Below are positions 24,021 to 24,702 of a DNA stretch of 24,702 nt, one piece after another. The first letter of the stretch is position 1. Each line of letters starts with the position of its first letter. Below the pieces are notes generated by a model. That model worked only from the letters and a program-made list of their open reading frames with translations, ran no database searches and was not told the origin of the DNA. Source of the stretch: a virus (Duplodnaviria > Heunggongvirae > Uroviricota > Caudoviricetes). The stretch lies in the IMG/VR virus record IMGVR_UViG_2713897075_000003, positions 1 through 24,702 of that record. One strand, written 5' to 3'. A program made the translations under genes and the position numbers.

Positions 24021-24039
24021 TCATGTGGCGAAATACCTA

Positions 24040-24702
24040 TTAACCTAACTTCGCCCAGGTATCACGCAGCCCAACGGTGCGGTTAAATACCGGTTTTTCC
24101 GCCGTAGAATGGCGGCTGTCGAGGCAGAAATAACCTTCACGCTCAAACTGGAATGCTTTACCCGCTACCGCTTCTTTCAGCGACGGTTCAGCAAAGCCTT
24201 GTTTGATCACCAGCGATTCCGGGTTAATCACCGACAGGAAATCATCCGCAGCACCTGGGTTCGGCACGTTGAACAGACGATCGTACAGGCGGATTTCAAC
24301 CGGCAGCGCATGTGCCGCGCTCACCCAGTGAATAACGCCTTTCACTTTACGACCATCTGCCGGATCTTTGCTTAAGGTGTCGGCGTCATAAGTACAGAAG
24401 ATGGTGGTGATATTACCTTCGGCATCTTTCTCCACGCGTTCAGCCTTAATGACGTAAGCATTACGCAGACGCACTTCTTTACCCAGCACCAGACGTTTGT
24501 ACTGCTTGTTAGCTTCTTCTCGGAAATCGGCGCGGTCGATCCAAATCTCACCGCTAAACGGCACCTGACGGCTACCCATTTCCGGTTTGTTTGGATGGTT
24601 CGGCATGGTGACCATTTCGCCTTCGCCCTGGTAGTTTTCGATAACCAGTTTCACCGGATCGATAACCGCCATTGCGCGCGGGGCATTTTCGTTGAGATCT
24701 TC
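24040..24702 (-). CDS. glnS: Glutaminyl-tRNA synthetase, C-terminal part (5' end beyond window)
   Basis: Translation ...[101 protein letters not shown] is near-identical to the anticodon-binding domain of enterobacterial GlnS; the ORF runs to the window edge. Confidence 0.9.
   Translation of the reverse strand, partial: EDLNENAPRAMAVIDPVKLVIENYQGEGEMVTMPNHPNKPEMGSRQVPFSGEIWIDRADFREEANKQYKRLVLGKEVRLRNAYVIKAERVEKDAEGNITTIFCTYDADTLSKDPADGRKVKGVIHWVSAAHALPVEIRLYDRLFNVPNPGAADDFLSVINPESLVIKQGFAEPSLKEAVAGKAFQFEREGYFCLDSRHSTAEKPVFNRTVGLRDTWAKLG

Larger units (their letters stand above)
1..24030. mobile_element. Segment of a mosaic prophage-like genomic island abutting the 3' end of glnS; no integrase or att site inside the window
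   Basis: Dense array of phage-type accessory genes (Ea22-like paralogs, lambda-type phosphatase, Rha antirepressor, Ref-like HNH, gpV-like spike, Dam MTase, HigBA) with overlapping start/stop codons, next to a core housekeeping gene (glnS). The island boundary on the left is outside the window. Confidence 0.6.

Noticed and set aside
1-24702. CRISPR array, rRNA, tRNA, transposase/IS element, integrase
   Set aside because: No regularly spaced direct repeats, no rRNA/tRNA-like conserved blocks, and no ORF with transposase or tyrosine/serine recombinase motifs found; the repeats seen are operator-type inverted repeats.

Overview
This 24.7-kb window reads as the right-hand part of a mosaic prophage-like island that ends at a bidirectional terminator (23995-24020) just downstream of the host glnS gene (partial, minus strand, 24040-24702). 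All protein calls are motif recognition by eye against remembered family sequences; no database search was run. Left half (1-10600): one long, translationally coupled minus-strand operon of small accessory genes (four Ea22-like paralogs, a lambda-type Ser/Thr phosphatase, DUF968-like and DUF4406-like proteins, a stand-alone ClpX-zinc-finger-like protein), ending in a UmuD'-like gene with its own LexA-box promoter. Centre: a divergent promoter/operator region, a Ref-like HNH gene, an immI-like arrangement (structured RNA, small ORF, Rha-type antirepressor) and an opposite-strand lipoprotein plus periplasmic-protein pair. Right half: plus-strand operons of unknown function (one with a SWIM-like zinc-finger protein, one four-gene block ending in a gpV-like spike), a HigBA toxin-antitoxin pair, and an RdgC / truncated C5-methyltransferase-like / Dam methyltransferase operon. 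An inverted-repeat operator TGTTAGA-N16-TCTAACA recurs at three promoter regions. The best candidates for an undescribed system are the RdgC-MTase operon, the two unknown plus-strand operons and the operator network, but none could be assigned a function. No rRNA, tRNA, CRISPR array, transposase or integrase was found. Caveat: the ORF track implies one more base near 6481 than I read in the text, so coordinates I derived by hand between 6481 and 6600 may be off by one.
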